Sequence record: OR352939.1
Direction: 5' to 3' (one strand)
Origin: Escherichia phage AV109
Length of the DNA: 64,000 bases
Shown here piece after piece: positions 19,073 through 28,312 of this stretch; within the stretch, counting starts at the first letter, position 1, and each line of letters opens with the position of its first letter. The notes below the pieces were generated by a model, which was not told the origin of the DNA, did not search any database, and worked only from the letters and a program-made list of their open reading frames with translations. The translations under genes and the position numbers were made by a program.

Positions 19073-19102
19073 ATTATAACACGCCTTTAATGAAGCGTAA
19101 AC
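19073..19102 (-). promoter_or_regulatory. T4-type early promoter (GTTTAC -35, TATAAT -10) driving the seg-like gene
   Basis: Minus strand GTTTAC, about 17-18 nt spacer, TTATAAT, then SD AAGGAG. Confidence 0.45.
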
Positions 19103-19127
19103 AAAAAAAGGAAGCACTAGGCTTCCT
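19103..19127 (-). terminator. rho-independent terminator (minus strand)
   Basis: aggaagc-actag-gcttcct hairpin followed on the minus strand by a run of seven T. Confidence 0.5.
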
Positions 19128-19193
19128 TTTGATATCGCCTAAGGCTTATAGGTCCTTAGAAATCTGGATGTTCATCTTCAACAAAGCTAGTAT

Positions 19194-19409
19194 TCATCGC
19201 TGCCACCATTTTTTAAGTTGATGTGAATCTACCCATACCTTCGCTACAGGCTCAATATTAAAAATACCATCGGACGTACGTCCAATCATTTTGTATTCGG
19301 TTTCAGATTGCTTGATACAAATATCACCATAAGAGCGAAGTCTAAAAGCGGCTCCTACTAGAAGCCGTTTAAACTTTGTTTGAACTAGCGCCATTAATGA
19401 TGTCCTCAA
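19194..19409 (-). CDS. hypothetical protein (71 aa)
   Basis: ORF; overlaps next ORF, start uncertain. Confidence 0.35.
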   Translation of the reverse strand: MRTSLMALVQTKFKRLLVGAAFRLRSYGDICIKQSETEYKMIGRTSDGIFNIEPVAKVWVDSHQLKKWWQR

Positions 19410-19692
19410 TAGCCTGACGAGTAGTAACCCACTGGATTTTAATTAACTTGTCATTATATGGTTGTCTTAGAATATCCCGAGATTTCTTAATAGCATATTC
19501 GTAAGCTTCGAAGTTGTTTTGAATTGCTGCTTCTTGAGCATGAGCATAAAGACGGTTTAGTTCAAAACGATTCTTTTTAAGAATCTTTTCGGATTTTTTA
19601 CGTGCTTCAGCTTCATTTTTCTTTTGGATTTCTTGTAGCATTTTAGCTACTGCATCTTCTGCTTCTTTATTTTCAATAATCTCGGTAGTCAT
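19369..19692 (-). CDS. hypothetical protein (107 aa), Lys/Glu-rich helical
   Basis: ORF. Confidence 0.45.
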   Translation of the reverse strand: MTTEIIENKEAEDAVAKMLQEIQKKNEAEARKKSEKILKKNRFELNRLYAHAQEAAIQNNFEAYEYAIKKSRDILRQPYNDKLIKIQWVTTRQAIEDIINGASSNKV

Positions 19693-19693
19693 A

Positions 19694-19909
19694 TTATCTC
19701 ATTAAATTAAAATAAAAACGTCCGTCCTCTTCAATACAGAACTCATACTCAACCGGAGTCCCATTTATCGAAAATAACACGTCATGTGGGTTCAAAGGGT
19801 CGATGTCAAAATTAATTTTAAATTCACGACCCAACAGTTTTACCAAATAAGGGATTGCTTCGTCAAAAGGTTCTTCTAAGTAGTTAGAGATGTCAATTGT
19901 CATCCTCAT
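19694..19909 (-). CDS. hypothetical protein (about 71 aa)
   Basis: Track ORF 19694..19987 overlaps gene 55; internal Met [14 protein letters not shown] is the likely start. Confidence 0.4.
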   Translation of the reverse strand: MRMTIDISNYLEEPFDEAIPYLVKLLGREFKINFDIDPLNPHDVLFSINGTPVEYEFCIEEDGRFYFNLMR

Positions 19910-20468
19910 ATAAAAAATCCAAACTAGGCGAATCGCTAACAACTTCCTTCTTTTCAGCCCCAGGAGCTTTATAAGCGGATTCTTCATAATGCGTCATTTT
20001 ATCGTAGATGTCTTGAATAAACGTTTCATCTACCAACGCTACCATATCATCGTCATGACTGTCGTAGACATTATGAACGAAGTAACTATATTTCTTTGCA
20101 ACTTCCTTACGTTCTTTTTTGATACGTTGGACAAAAGCATTAAAACAAGCTCGAGTTATGTATGCATGTGGGTTATTGTACTTAGTTTCGTCGAAATTAT
20201 GAAGTCCCTTAATAGAGGCTTCAATCCCATCTGCAATCATCTCCTGCTTCCAAGACTGGGTATATCCTGAAAAGTTGAAACGTTTGGACAGGCCTTCGGC
20301 GATAAGCATAATTGCTAAACCGATGGTATCATTCTGACGAATAATTTTGTTTGGGTCTTTATTATTTAAGAGCTCCTTTTTCCACTCGATTATAGCGGCG
20401 AGAAGCTCTTTATTATTCACATAGTTATTTTTAGGTTTTTGTTCAGTCATAAGTACCTCTTGGCTCAA
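19893..20468 (-). CDS. 55: late sigma factor gp55
   Basis: 191 aa; [70 protein letters not shown] matches T4 gp55. Confidence 0.96.
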   Translation of the reverse strand: MSQEVLMTEQKPKNNYVNNKELLAAIIEWKKELLNNKDPNKIIRQNDTIGLAIMLIAEGLSKRFNFSGYTQSWKQEMIADGIEASIKGLHNFDETKYNNPHAYITRACFNAFVQRIKKERKEVAKKYSYFVHNVYDSHDDDMVALVDETFIQDIYDKMTHYEESAYKAPGAEKKEVVSDSPSLDFLYEDDN

Positions 20469-20605
20469 TTCATAGGTCTATTATATCATAATATTTAGAG
20501 ACCTATCTTAAAGCACGAGATACTATCAAAGATACGTAACTTTCATAAAGTTGTCGACTTAAAATTCACCAAACTTTTCTTCGGTTATAGCGATTCAAGA
20601 TAGTT

Positions 20606-20833
20606 TCATTCTATTTCCTTTGCTGCAAATAAGGCAGCATCCAACGAATCAAATTGGTCAACAAAATCAATATTTAACGCATCGTCAACCGTAGCATATA
20701 ACCACCATTGTTTGAATTCATATTCAAGAATAAATCCAGGCCCTTCAATCTGAGGAAGACCTAGGCTATTTGTACCAACTTCGTAACCAGCTAGACGGAG
20801 GTCATTAATCAAAGTTTCTGTTAATACGCTCAT
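20606..20833 (-). CDS. hypothetical protein (75 aa)
   Basis: ORF. Confidence 0.45.
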   Translation of the reverse strand: MSVLTETLINDLRLAGYEVGTNSLGLPQIEGPGFILEYEFKQWWLYATVDDALNIDFVDQFDSLDAALFAAKEIE

Positions 20834-21162
20834 TTTACCGCCTTAACAATTTTCAAGTCAACGAATTTTTTCTTACGTTGATTTTTCATACGACGGATAG
20901 TCTTTTCAGAGATTTCATGTTTCTGATAAGCTTTAGATTCAACACCAAATGCAGCAACGTCAAATTCAGAAAGAATATATTGTACTAGAATTTCACGAAT
21001 AGAATTACGTCCAATTTTCTGGTCGTGTTTTTGCATGATTTCATAAAGACGGAATTCCCACGCGTCAAGAACTTGAGGAGTAACAATATTGCCGGATTCC
21101 AGAAGAGCAACAACTTTATCGAAAGCGAAAGAATTAACTACGTTTTTGATTTTAGTAGACAT
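20830..21162 (-). CDS. hypothetical protein (about 110 aa)
   Basis: Internal Met MSTKIKNVV at 21162 has strong SD GAGGAAAA; track ORF extends to 21201. Confidence 0.5.
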   Translation of the reverse strand: MSTKIKNVVNSFAFDKVVALLESGNIVTPQVLDAWEFRLYEIMQKHDQKIGRNSIREILVQYILSEFDVAAFGVESKAYQKHEISEKTIRRMKNQRKKKFVDLKIVKAVK

Positions 21163-21199
21163 ATTATTTTCCTCGGTTATTTTATTATCCAATGAGAGC

Positions 21200-21229
21200 A
21201 TTATACTCTGCTCTCAAGAGTTTGTAAAT
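21200..21229 (-). promoter_or_regulatory. early-promoter-like element (ATTTAC -35, TATAAT -10) overlapping a 7-bp inverted repeat
   Basis: Minus strand GATTTACA, 18 nt, TATAAT; gagagca...tgctctc inverted repeat spans the -10. Confidence 0.35.
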
Positions 21230-21231
21230 CG

Positions 21232-21432
21232 TTATCCGAACTTTTTAGCGCCTTTCCAGCCTTCGTACATAACTGCACAAGTCAGTAGTACAGCGTGCTG
21301 GCATTCTTTGTATTTGTAAATCCAGAACCAGCGTAAGAAGTCTTCATCCTCAACGCCGTTGAGTTTCATATTGGCAAAGAATTCGGCACGTTCTTCACGA
21401 AGCTTTTGCGATAACATAGATTCAGGATTCAT
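21232..21432 (-). CDS. hypothetical protein (66 aa)
   Basis: ORF. Confidence 0.4.
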   Translation of the reverse strand: MNPESMLSQKLREERAEFFANMKLNGVEDEDFLRWFWIYKYKECQHAVLLTCAVMYEGWKGAKKFG

Positions 21433-21656
21433 TTTGCGTTCCAGGCCCCATTTTCATCGATGAACTTAATCCAGTCATTTACAGACCATTTAGTTGTATC
21501 ACCCTTTGGATTAACATTTAAAGTATATAATCCCTGCTTAAAAAGCATTCGTTTGATATTCATAATTTCCTCAACTATAACGATAACATTCGTTAGCTTT
21601 ACGTTTGGCTTCAGTATGAGAAGTATTATAATCATACTCTTCTTTACTGTAAACAT
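21429..21656 (-). CDS. hypothetical protein; start uncertain
   Basis: Track ORF overlaps the next ORF by 86 nt; internal Met at about 21563 would remove the overlap. Confidence 0.35.
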   Translation of the reverse strand: MFTVKKSMIIILLILKPNVKLTNVIVIVEEIMNIKRMLFKQGLYTLNVNPKGDTTKWSVNDWIKFIDENGAWNAK

Positions 21657-21891
21657 CTTTTTTCAACTTACGAACTTCTTTGCGGAGTTGTCGATTCATT
21701 TCGTTCTTGACTTCAGAATCAACGCCTTTCATACGTTTCCATTTATCTGAGCGGAAGATGTTTTCAACCATGTCTTTGTGGCTAACACCGTCAGGAGCTT
21801 TACGCTTACCAAAATAGTCGTAATCGCGAACTTTCAAATCTTTACGACGATATGTTTTACCCATAAGTACCTCAGAGGTTGATTGATACAA
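21571..21891 (-). CDS. hypothetical basic protein (106 aa)
   Basis: ORF, Lys/Arg-rich. Confidence 0.45.
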   Translation of the reverse strand: MYQSTSEVLMGKTYRRKDLKVRDYDYFGKRKAPDGVSHKDMVENIFRSDKWKRMKGVDSEVKNEMNRQLRKEVRKLKKDVYSKEEYDYNTSHTEAKRKANECYRYS

Positions 21892-22120
21892 TGCGTTTGA
21901 TAAAATTCACTTCACTTACTGAAAGGTCTTTAAGACCGATTGATTCTAAACGCTGAATAAAAGTCAACATTGGGATATAGTCCCAATGTGTTTTAGACGT
22001 TTGATAAGTACGGACGCCATTAGCAATTTCAACGTTCAAATCGGAAATGGTAATGAATATCAGACGTTCGTTATTTACATTAAGAGATAGAACAACTTTC
22101 TTTGAATCTAAACTAATCAC
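21872..22120 (-). CDS. hypothetical protein (82 aa)
   Basis: ORF. Confidence 0.4.
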   Translation of the reverse strand: MISLDSKKVVLSLNVNNERLIFITISDLNVEIANGVRTYQTSKTHWDYIPMLTFIQRLESIGLKDLSVSEVNFIKRIVSINL

Positions 22121-22419
22121 GGCTTAATTTCCTTCGCAATTGAACAGAAGATACCACGGTCACAAAGCATTTCACCAATTTCTGGATATTTGATTGAACG
22201 GTACCAAACATCCAGGCTTGAAACTCTGGTTATCTGTACTGCATTACCGTTGACAGAATAGTACTGGTCAACCTTAATTTCTTTATCTTCAATTGTCATT
22301 TTATTTTCCTCTATAGTAGATGGTTTAATCTTAACACATCTATCGAGGATGTAAACTGTTTTATGAAAATATTTTTGATTTGAGAGGGGCACAAGGAGAT
22401 AGTGAAGTGAAGATTCCAA
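22117..22419 (-). CDS. hypothetical protein (100 aa)
   Basis: ORF, 4-nt overlap with downstream ORF. Confidence 0.45.
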   Translation of the reverse strand: MESSLHYLLVPLSNQKYFHKTVYILDRCVKIKPSTIEENKMTIEDKEIKVDQYYSVNGNAVQITRVSSLDVWYRSIKYPEIGEMLCDRGIFCSIAKEIKP

Positions 22420-22464
22420 TGGATTATATTAGAAATGAGATAAAGAAGACCAGGCGGCACCTGG

Positions 22465-22773
22465 TCAATCTTCTATGATATCAGAGTCGTATCCTAATGA
22501 AATCAAGGACTTTTTAAACTCTGCAATATTCTTTTGTTTCTTATCATTTAAAAATATGACAGGATAACGAATATTAAGTGAAGTGAATCCTGCACGTTTA
22601 GCAAGAGATACGATTAAAGGACGGTCATATTCAATCTTACCATTATTAGTGAGGACTTTATAAAATGTATAAGGAGCATTGAGCTCCTTTAAAAGTTTTG
22701 TAACAGTATAACATCCTGGACAACGTCCAACTTCTTCAGGGATGCCATAAATTTCAATCTTGTTGTGTTCCAC
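22465..22773 (-). CDS. nrdH: glutaredoxin-like protein NrdH
   Basis: 102 aa; CPGC redox motif near N-terminus; adjacent to nrdG/nrdD. Confidence 0.8.
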   Translation of the reverse strand: MEHNKIEIYGIPEEVGRCPGCYTVTKLLKELNAPYTFYKVLTNNGKIEYDRPLIVSLAKRAGFTSLNIRYPVIFLNDKKQKNIAEFKKSLISLGYDSDIIED

Positions 22774-22775
22774 AA

Positions 22776-22988
22776 TTATTCCTTGCCAAGAACAGAATTC
22801 AGTTTATTAGTAATTTTGTCCAAACGTTCATTGAATTCGCTGGAGGATAAACCCTTTTCCGGAGAAATTAAACTAATCACGAAAAATACACCAGTAAAAG
22901 GAATAAGAAAAATAGCTCCAACTGCCATAAACAAAAAGAACGTTACAGTTGTAAGAAAATCAGCTAAACCTTTACGAAATTTGTACAT
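22776..22988 (-). CDS. small membrane protein (70 aa)
   Basis: Hydrophobic segments FFLFMAVGAIFLIPFTGVFFVISLI. Confidence 0.45.
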   Translation of the reverse strand: MYKFRKGLADFLTTVTFFLFMAVGAIFLIPFTGVFFVISLISPEKGLSSSEFNERLDKITNKLNSVLGKE

Positions 22989-23098
22989 ATTTACCCTTAA
23001 TTAACTAAGAATTGATAATCATTAAACTATATTGCGAATAAAATTCTGGACCAAAACGAAAAATCATATCATTTATAGTATCCATAATGTAATTCAAT

Positions 23099-23569
23099 TT
23101 AATCATGTTTCCACACCCCATCGGTATTTGACCAAAGTCGCTGATTATCTGATCCTCGCCACAGTTTTTTGGTCGGAAGATTTTTCTCATACTTCCCATC
23201 AATAATAACATCAACATATTTAAGCATTTCTAGTTGTTTAATATCTTCAAACTTATATCCTGTCCACAACCAAATGCTTTTATTGGGATAAAGATTTTTT
23301 ACTGTTTGAACAATGCAATGAATAACATCTCGGTTATCAGGATAGAGAGGGTCACCTCCGGTTATAGTTAATCCTTCTATATAATCATTATTCAAACATT
23401 CAATTAATTGTTCTAGTGTTTCACCAGTGAATGGAATACCATTTCTAGCATTCCATGTTGATTTATTATAACACCCTTCGCATTTATGCAAACAACCTGT
23501 AACGAAAAGAACGACCCTGCATCCAGGGCCATTCACAAAATCGCAAGGATAAAATCTATCATAATTCAT
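23099..23569 (-). CDS. nrdG: anaerobic ribonucleotide reductase activating protein NrdG (radical SAM)
   Basis: 156 aa; CLHKCEGC cysteine motif; 4-nt overlap with nrdD. Confidence 0.9.
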   Translation of the reverse strand: MNYDRFYPCDFVNGPGCRVVLFVTGCLHKCEGCYNKSTWNARNGIPFTGETLEQLIECLNNDYIEGLTITGGDPLYPDNRDVIHCIVQTVKNLYPNKSIWLWTGYKFEDIKQLEMLKYVDVIIDGKYEKNLPTKKLWRGSDNQRLWSNTDGVWKHD

Positions 23570-25383
23570 TGGTGTTTAACCCTATGCATTATTTCTTTAT
23601 TTTTACCGAGATTAAATCCGCGTTCGTTCGGATTTCCCAAATAACCGCATGTTCTTCTTATGGTGTTCATCTTTTTAGGATCAGTTTCTCCACAGATAGA
23701 ACAAACAAATCCGTTTTCAGTAGGAGTCATTTCATGGGTACTTCCACATGTAAAACATTTATCTACTGGCATATTAACACCAAAATAATCTAAATGCTGT
23801 GCAGCATAATCCCACACGGCCTCAAGACCTTTTAAGTTATTTTTCATATCAGGAAGTTCAACATAAGAAATGTGACCACCTGTCGCAATGAAATGATACG
23901 GCGCTTCACGAGAAATCTTTTCAAACGGAGTAATATTTTCTTCTACTGAAACGTGGAAACTGTTAGTGTACCAGCCTTTATCGGTAACATCTTTTACACT
24001 TCCATATTTTTCTGTATCAAGTTTACAGAAGCGATAACAAAGGTTTTCAGCAGGAGTAGAATACAAACTAAAAGCAAAACCAGTTCTTTCAGTCCACTGT
24101 TTAAGATGAGCATTCATTTTAGTTAAAATTTCTTGTCCAATATCACGACCGACAAGAATATTCAATTCATGAATACCGATGTATCCTAAAGACACTGAAC
24201 TTCTACCGTTTTTAAATAGCTCAATTATATCGTCATCAGGTTTAAGACGAACCCCGAATGCACCTTCTTGGTAAAGAATAGGAGCAACAGTCGCTTTAAC
24301 TCCTTTTAAGGAACTAATTCTACACATCAAAGCTTCAAAACACAGGTCCATTCGTTCATTGAATAATTCAACAAATTTCTGTTCATTGAACTGTGTTCCA
24401 ATATAAGAATCTAATGCGATACGAGGAAGATTCAGTGTTACAACGCCGAGATTATTACGACCGTCAAGAATTTCATTTCCAGTTGAATCTTTCCATACGC
24501 TCAAGAAACTACGGCAACCCATCGGAGAAACTGGAACTGAAGAACCGGTAATAGCTTTATTATTCTTAACTGAAATAATGTCAGGATACATTCTTTTGCT
24601 TGCACATTCTAACGCAAGTTGTTTAATATCATAGTTTGGATCATCTTTATAAAGATTAACACCTTCTTCAAAAAACATAACAAGCTTAGGGAAAATAGGA
24701 GTTATTCCATCACGTCCAAGGCCTTTAATGCGGTTTTTAAGAATTGCCTTCTGAATCATTCGTTCAGTCCAGTCAGTTCCCGTACCAAATGTAATTGTCA
24801 CAAAAGGCGTTTGTCCGTTTGAACTAAAGAGAGTGTTTACTTCATATTCATAAGCTTGGAATGCATCGTATACGTCTTTTTCTGTTTTAGATTGAGCATA
24901 ATTCAGAATGTCTGGTATTTGCCATTTTTCTGCATCTTCAACATGTTTAGCGTATGTGCGTTTAACATAAGGAGAAAGAACTTTATCGACATTCGCAAAT
25001 GTAGTTCCGCCATACTGGTGTGAAGCAACTTGTGCAGTAATTTGTGCCATAATTGCAGTAGCAACGCCAATAGATTTAGGCGTTTCAATTTGAGCATTGC
25101 CTAATTTAAATCCATTCTCAAGCATTCCTTTTAAATCTACTAAACAGCAATTAGTAAAAGGCAATGATATACTATAATCTAAATCGTGAAAATGAATTAA
25201 TCCGACATTATGAGCATTTACAATATGGCTCGGAAGAATACTACAAGCGATATGTTTAGAAACAATACCGGCCATTAAATCTCTTTTTGTTGGAAAGACA
25301 CGAGAATCTTTGTTGGCATTTTCGGTATTTAATTCTTTATCTTTATTTGAAATAAAATTTAAAACATCTTTCTCTAAAGACAT
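23566..25383 (-). CDS. nrdD: anaerobic ribonucleoside-triphosphate reductase NrdD
   Basis: 605 aa; C-terminal glycyl-radical motif RTCGYLG and zinc-ribbon CxxC pairs. Confidence 0.97.
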   Translation of the reverse strand: MSLEKDVLNFISNKDKELNTENANKDSRVFPTKRDLMAGIVSKHIACSILPSHIVNAHNVGLIHFHDLDYSISLPFTNCCLVDLKGMLENGFKLGNAQIETPKSIGVATAIMAQITAQVASHQYGGTTFANVDKVLSPYVKRTYAKHVEDAEKWQIPDILNYAQSKTEKDVYDAFQAYEYEVNTLFSSNGQTPFVTITFGTGTDWTERMIQKAILKNRIKGLGRDGITPIFPKLVMFFEEGVNLYKDDPNYDIKQLALECASKRMYPDIISVKNNKAITGSSVPVSPMGCRSFLSVWKDSTGNEILDGRNNLGVVTLNLPRIALDSYIGTQFNEQKFVELFNERMDLCFEALMCRISSLKGVKATVAPILYQEGAFGVRLKPDDDIIELFKNGRSSVSLGYIGIHELNILVGRDIGQEILTKMNAHLKQWTERTGFAFSLYSTPAENLCYRFCKLDTEKYGSVKDVTDKGWYTNSFHVSVEENITPFEKISREAPYHFIATGGHISYVELPDMKNNLKGLEAVWDYAAQHLDYFGVNMPVDKCFTCGSTHEMTPTENGFVCSICGETDPKKMNTIRRTCGYLGNPNERGFNLGKNKEIMHRVKHQ

Positions 25384-26195
25384 AATTCTAATTTATCCTT
25401 TTGAAATTCTTCGTCTAAATATGGGTTCCAACCCATTTTAAACCTTTTGATGAAATTATCAATTCTAAATTTCGGTAAATTTAACTCCGCAAAAATAGAT
25501 GATTTACTTTTAAAATCTGGACCTAAATAATCATATAAAATTTCTGCGTATTTTAACCATAATATATAAGTACCAGATTTAATTGCGTTCGGAGTTTTCC
25601 AAGGTTTTACACCATACATCGGATTTCCACTTCCTTTATGCCTGATAGAAGATGAAATTCCAATTTTAATTTTAGCTTCCTTTGTATGCGAAAATCCACG
25701 ATGCGGATTTTCTTTCCAGTATTTTTTAGCAGCTTCTGATATTTTCTTTCTGGCTAAATTAGTATGATGCTTTCCATAAAATCCATGATTTTTGCCTTTA
25801 TTACGATTTCTTTTAATCATGGTTATTGATTGCTTTTCTCTAGTTTCTTTAGAAGGAGAAATACCATATGTCGTAAATTTGCCATCAGCATATGCTAAAT
25901 TAAAATACTCTTTATTCCATACATCTTTTTCTATATTCTTTTGAAATTCAGCTTCAATGCTAGTTATTTGTTCATCTCCGACTAATTGAAAATATAATAT
26001 TTCAACTTTCGGCGTTTCTTTCAATAAGGCTTTTTGAAATTCGGAAGATGACGAAGACGAATAATAAAATTTACCATTTTTATCAATAATATTCGTTCCA
26101 TCAAAAGTGCAATTGGTTTTACTTCCAATGTAATAATATGGTGGGGTTTTAGCATTAATTCTATTAATAAATGATAGTTTATATACTACATTCAT
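25374..26195 (-). CDS. GIY-YIG-like seg-type homing endonuclease inserted between gene 49 and nrdD
   Basis: 273 aa; N-terminal VVYKLSF...YYYIGSK; ATGA overlap with gene 49 stop and 10-nt overlap with nrdD start. Confidence 0.55.
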   Translation of the reverse strand: MNVVYKLSFINRINAKTPPYYYIGSKTNCTFDGTNIIDKNGKFYYSSSSSSEFQKALLKETPKVEILYFQLVGDEQITSIEAEFQKNIEKDVWNKEYFNLAYADGKFTTYGISPSKETREKQSITMIKRNRNKGKNHGFYGKHHTNLARKKISEAAKKYWKENPHRGFSHTKEAKIKIGISSSIRHKGSGNPMYGVKPWKTPNAIKSGTYILWLKYAEILYDYLGPDFKSKSSIFAELNLPKFRIDNFIKRFKMGWNPYLDEEFQKDKLELCL

Positions 26196-26665
26196 TTTAA
26201 ACTCTTTCTAAGCTGCTTTTTGAATGAAGCTATTAATTGTGTTTTAGTATCAGATTCAGTATATTCAAATCCTCTTTGAAGCATCTCAGCCATCATTTCC
26301 TCTTTACCTAGTCTTGAGAACTCTTTAGTTTTGTCTGGAACAAAATTAGGATGGATATTATTATCAGAATAATCTTGTTTCAAATAAGCAAGAAGAGCTT
26401 CAAGCCATTCTAAGTAGTCAACGTTTTGACCTTTCAAACCGGAACGGTTGAACTTATGCTTCATTTGACCTTCTGCTGCGTTGCACAGATTACAGAGTAA
26501 TCCACGAACTCTACCGGCTTTTGGCCCGTTTAATTCATGGTCGTGGTCAAGATGGTTACCTTGAACATCAGGGTCTAATTCACGGTGGCAAATAGGACAC
26601 TTACCATTCTGTGCATCATAAAATTTTTGTTTTTCTTCTTTATATTTTGCGCCTGATAATAACAT
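26192..26665 (-). CDS. 49: endonuclease VII (Holliday junction resolvase)
   Basis: 157 aa; KFYDAQNGKCPICHRELDPDVQGNHLDHDHELNGPKAGRVRGLLCNLCNAAEGQMKHKFNRSGLKG matches T4 gp49. Confidence 0.96.
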   Translation of the reverse strand: MLLSGAKYKEEKQKFYDAQNGKCPICHRELDPDVQGNHLDHDHELNGPKAGRVRGLLCNLCNAAEGQMKHKFNRSGLKGQNVDYLEWLEALLAYLKQDYSDNNIHPNFVPDKTKEFSRLGKEEMMAEMLQRGFEYTESDTKTQLIASFKKQLRKSLK

Positions 26666-26706
26666 GATAAACCCTTACCTTTTAAATAGATAAGGGTATT
26701 TATAAT

Positions 26707-26904
26707 TTAGTAAACGTTATAAAAGTTACGATGAGAACGTTTAGCTTTGCGAAGCTGACGTTTAGTAGGACGAACTGTAAATGGTTGTCCAGAGAAAAAA
26801 TTCGGATCGGTTTTAATAAGCAAATACCAATCATGCTTGCCATTTTTTAATAAACGGTACAATAATTTAACTTGCATAATAATCTCTTCCCATTTCCATA
26901 TCAA
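26707..26904 (-). CDS. hypothetical protein (65 aa)
   Basis: ORF. Confidence 0.4.
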   Translation of the reverse strand: MIWKWEEIIMQVKLLYRLLKNGKHDWYLLIKTDPNFFSGQPFTVRPTKRQLRKAKRSHRNFYNVY

Positions 26905-27005
26905 TTAATTCATTTATTGAAGGTTCATCATAACATGTTTCTTCGTCGTTGTAAACTGTTTCGACGTCTGGCTCGACCGTCTCCCATCGAGCCGAATACC
27001 ACGGT

Positions 27006-27341
27006 TTAACCGCGGAGTTTATTGAGCTCTTCATAATCAACCCAGGATTCTAGCCCAGATGGCAAATCAGATTCAATTTCCCAAAGAAGCTCTTCAATGG
27101 CTTGCAGGCGATTATATTCTTCAACGGTAATGGTAACCATTGTTTCAGGCTTTTTAACCATCATGTCATTCATCAGAATATACAGGTCTTCACAAACAGC
27201 CGGGTCATCCCATGTCCATATTTCAGCATCTCGAACCAATGAAGTCGGAATCGAATTTAAAACTTCAAGCTTAGTAGGAGCGTCAGGGCCGAGAAGAGTT
27301 GCTACAAATTTATATGCTTTGGCGAAATCAATATCGTTCAT
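27006..27341 (-). CDS. hypothetical acidic protein (111 aa)
   Basis: ORF; 4-nt overlap with nrdC. Confidence 0.45.
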   Translation of the reverse strand: MNDIDFAKAYKFVATLLGPDAPTKLEVLNSIPTSLVRDAEIWTWDDPAVCEDLYILMNDMMVKKPETMVTITVEEYNRLQAIEELLWEIESDLPSGLESWVDYEELNKLRG

Positions 27342-27601
27342 TTAAAATATTCTCGCAGTTGGTCAAATCCACCAATGTGACTTCCATCAGGAGCAAACAC
27401 TTGAGGCATAGTCAATCCGACTTGTGATTCACGTCCAAGCTTAACCAGAAGCTCAGCAATTTTCTCATCATCGAACACACCTTTTTCTGGCATAACATTA
27501 ATGAATTCGAACGGCTGTTTCTTAACAGTCAGCAATCGTTTCGCATTATCACAATAAATGCATTTATGAATAGTAGAGTCATACCCGTACACTTTAAACA
27601 T
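27338..27601 (-). CDS. nrdC: thioredoxin/glutaredoxin NrdC
   Basis: MFKVYGYDSTIHKCIYCDNAKRLLTVKKQPFEFINVMPEKGVFDDEKIAELL matches T4 NrdC; track ORF has a 5-codon N-terminal extension. Confidence 0.9.
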   Translation of the reverse strand: MFKVYGYDSTIHKCIYCDNAKRLLTVKKQPFEFINVMPEKGVFDDEKIAELLVKLGRESQVGLTMPQVFAPDGSHIGGFDQLREYFK

Positions 27602-27737
27602 TATTTTTCCTTTCATCGATTAAATATGCAACGCCAAATACAATACATGTAATAAAACCTGTGATACAGATAGAAACCAACAACACCGTACCAAAGAACC
27701 AAATCAAGTTATCTTTAGTAGTTTGTTTGATATCCAT
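27594..27737 (-). CDS. possible small membrane protein (47 aa), not in ORF track
   Basis: MDIKQTTKDNLIWFFGTVLLVSICITGFITCIVFGVAYLIDERKNNV; stop overlaps nrdC start; weak SD. Confidence 0.3.
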   Translation of the reverse strand: MDIKQTTKDNLIWFFGTVLLVSICITGFITCIVFGVAYLIDERKNNV

Positions 27738-27788
27738 CTCACGAATTTCTATAGCTATCGTATCACCTTTATTCAGAAGCGTATAAAA

Positions 27789-28007
27789 CTAAGGTGATAC
27801 ATGCCTGTCAAAAACTCGTCCTTGCTCATCTTTATAGACTGCAATAAATTCTAATTTAGAATATTTTCCTGTAGATTGACCTGAAATTAATTCCACTACC
27901 TCCACAGGAATTACTTTAGTTTCCATGTAAGTATTCTGGCTGTTCCAAATGAATGGAATGATGGCAAAAACTAAAGCTGCGATAAAACAACGAAGGCTAT
28001 ATCTCAT
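27789..28007 (-). CDS. small membrane/secreted protein (72 aa)
   Basis: N-terminal hydrophobic segment CFIAALVFAIIPFIW. Confidence 0.45.
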   Translation of the reverse strand: MRYSLRCFIAALVFAIIPFIWNSQNTYMETKVIPVEVVELISGQSTGKYSKLEFIAVYKDEQGRVFDRHVSP

Positions 28008-28312
28008 TATAATGTTCTCTCAAATTTGTGGAAGCATTTACGGCATTTCAATTTCAAGTTATCGGTGGTCCAGTTAACCAGTTGGACTTGGATAGTTCCA
28101 CATTCCGGGCATGGATGTTTTGCTGCCGATTTGGCAGCATTTTCACGTCGTTCAACCATTTTCATTATTTCGTTCCATGCCGGAGGAACGAACTCTTCTT
28201 CACCGTGGATTTTATTTCTCTGAACAAATTCAATCTTTGAACTATCGTCAATAAACTTAACCAAGCGGTGATTAGTGTTCATATCAATATCCTCTAAAAG
28301 ACGTAGTTTCAT
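28007..28312 (-). CDS. zinc-ribbon protein (101 aa)
   Basis: CPECG...CRKC paired cysteines near C-terminus; TAATG overlap with upstream ORF. Confidence 0.5.
   Translation of the reverse strand: MKLRLLEDIDMNTNHRLVKFIDDSSKIEFVQRNKIHGEEEFVPPAWNEIMKMVERRENAAKSAAKHPCPECGTIQVQLVNWTTDNLKLKCRKCFHKFERTL

Noticed and set aside
23005-23217. Minus-strand ORF overlapping the 3' end of nrdG
   Set aside because: 119-nt overlap with nrdG in another frame; only a 27-33 aa tail lies outside nrdG; no SD
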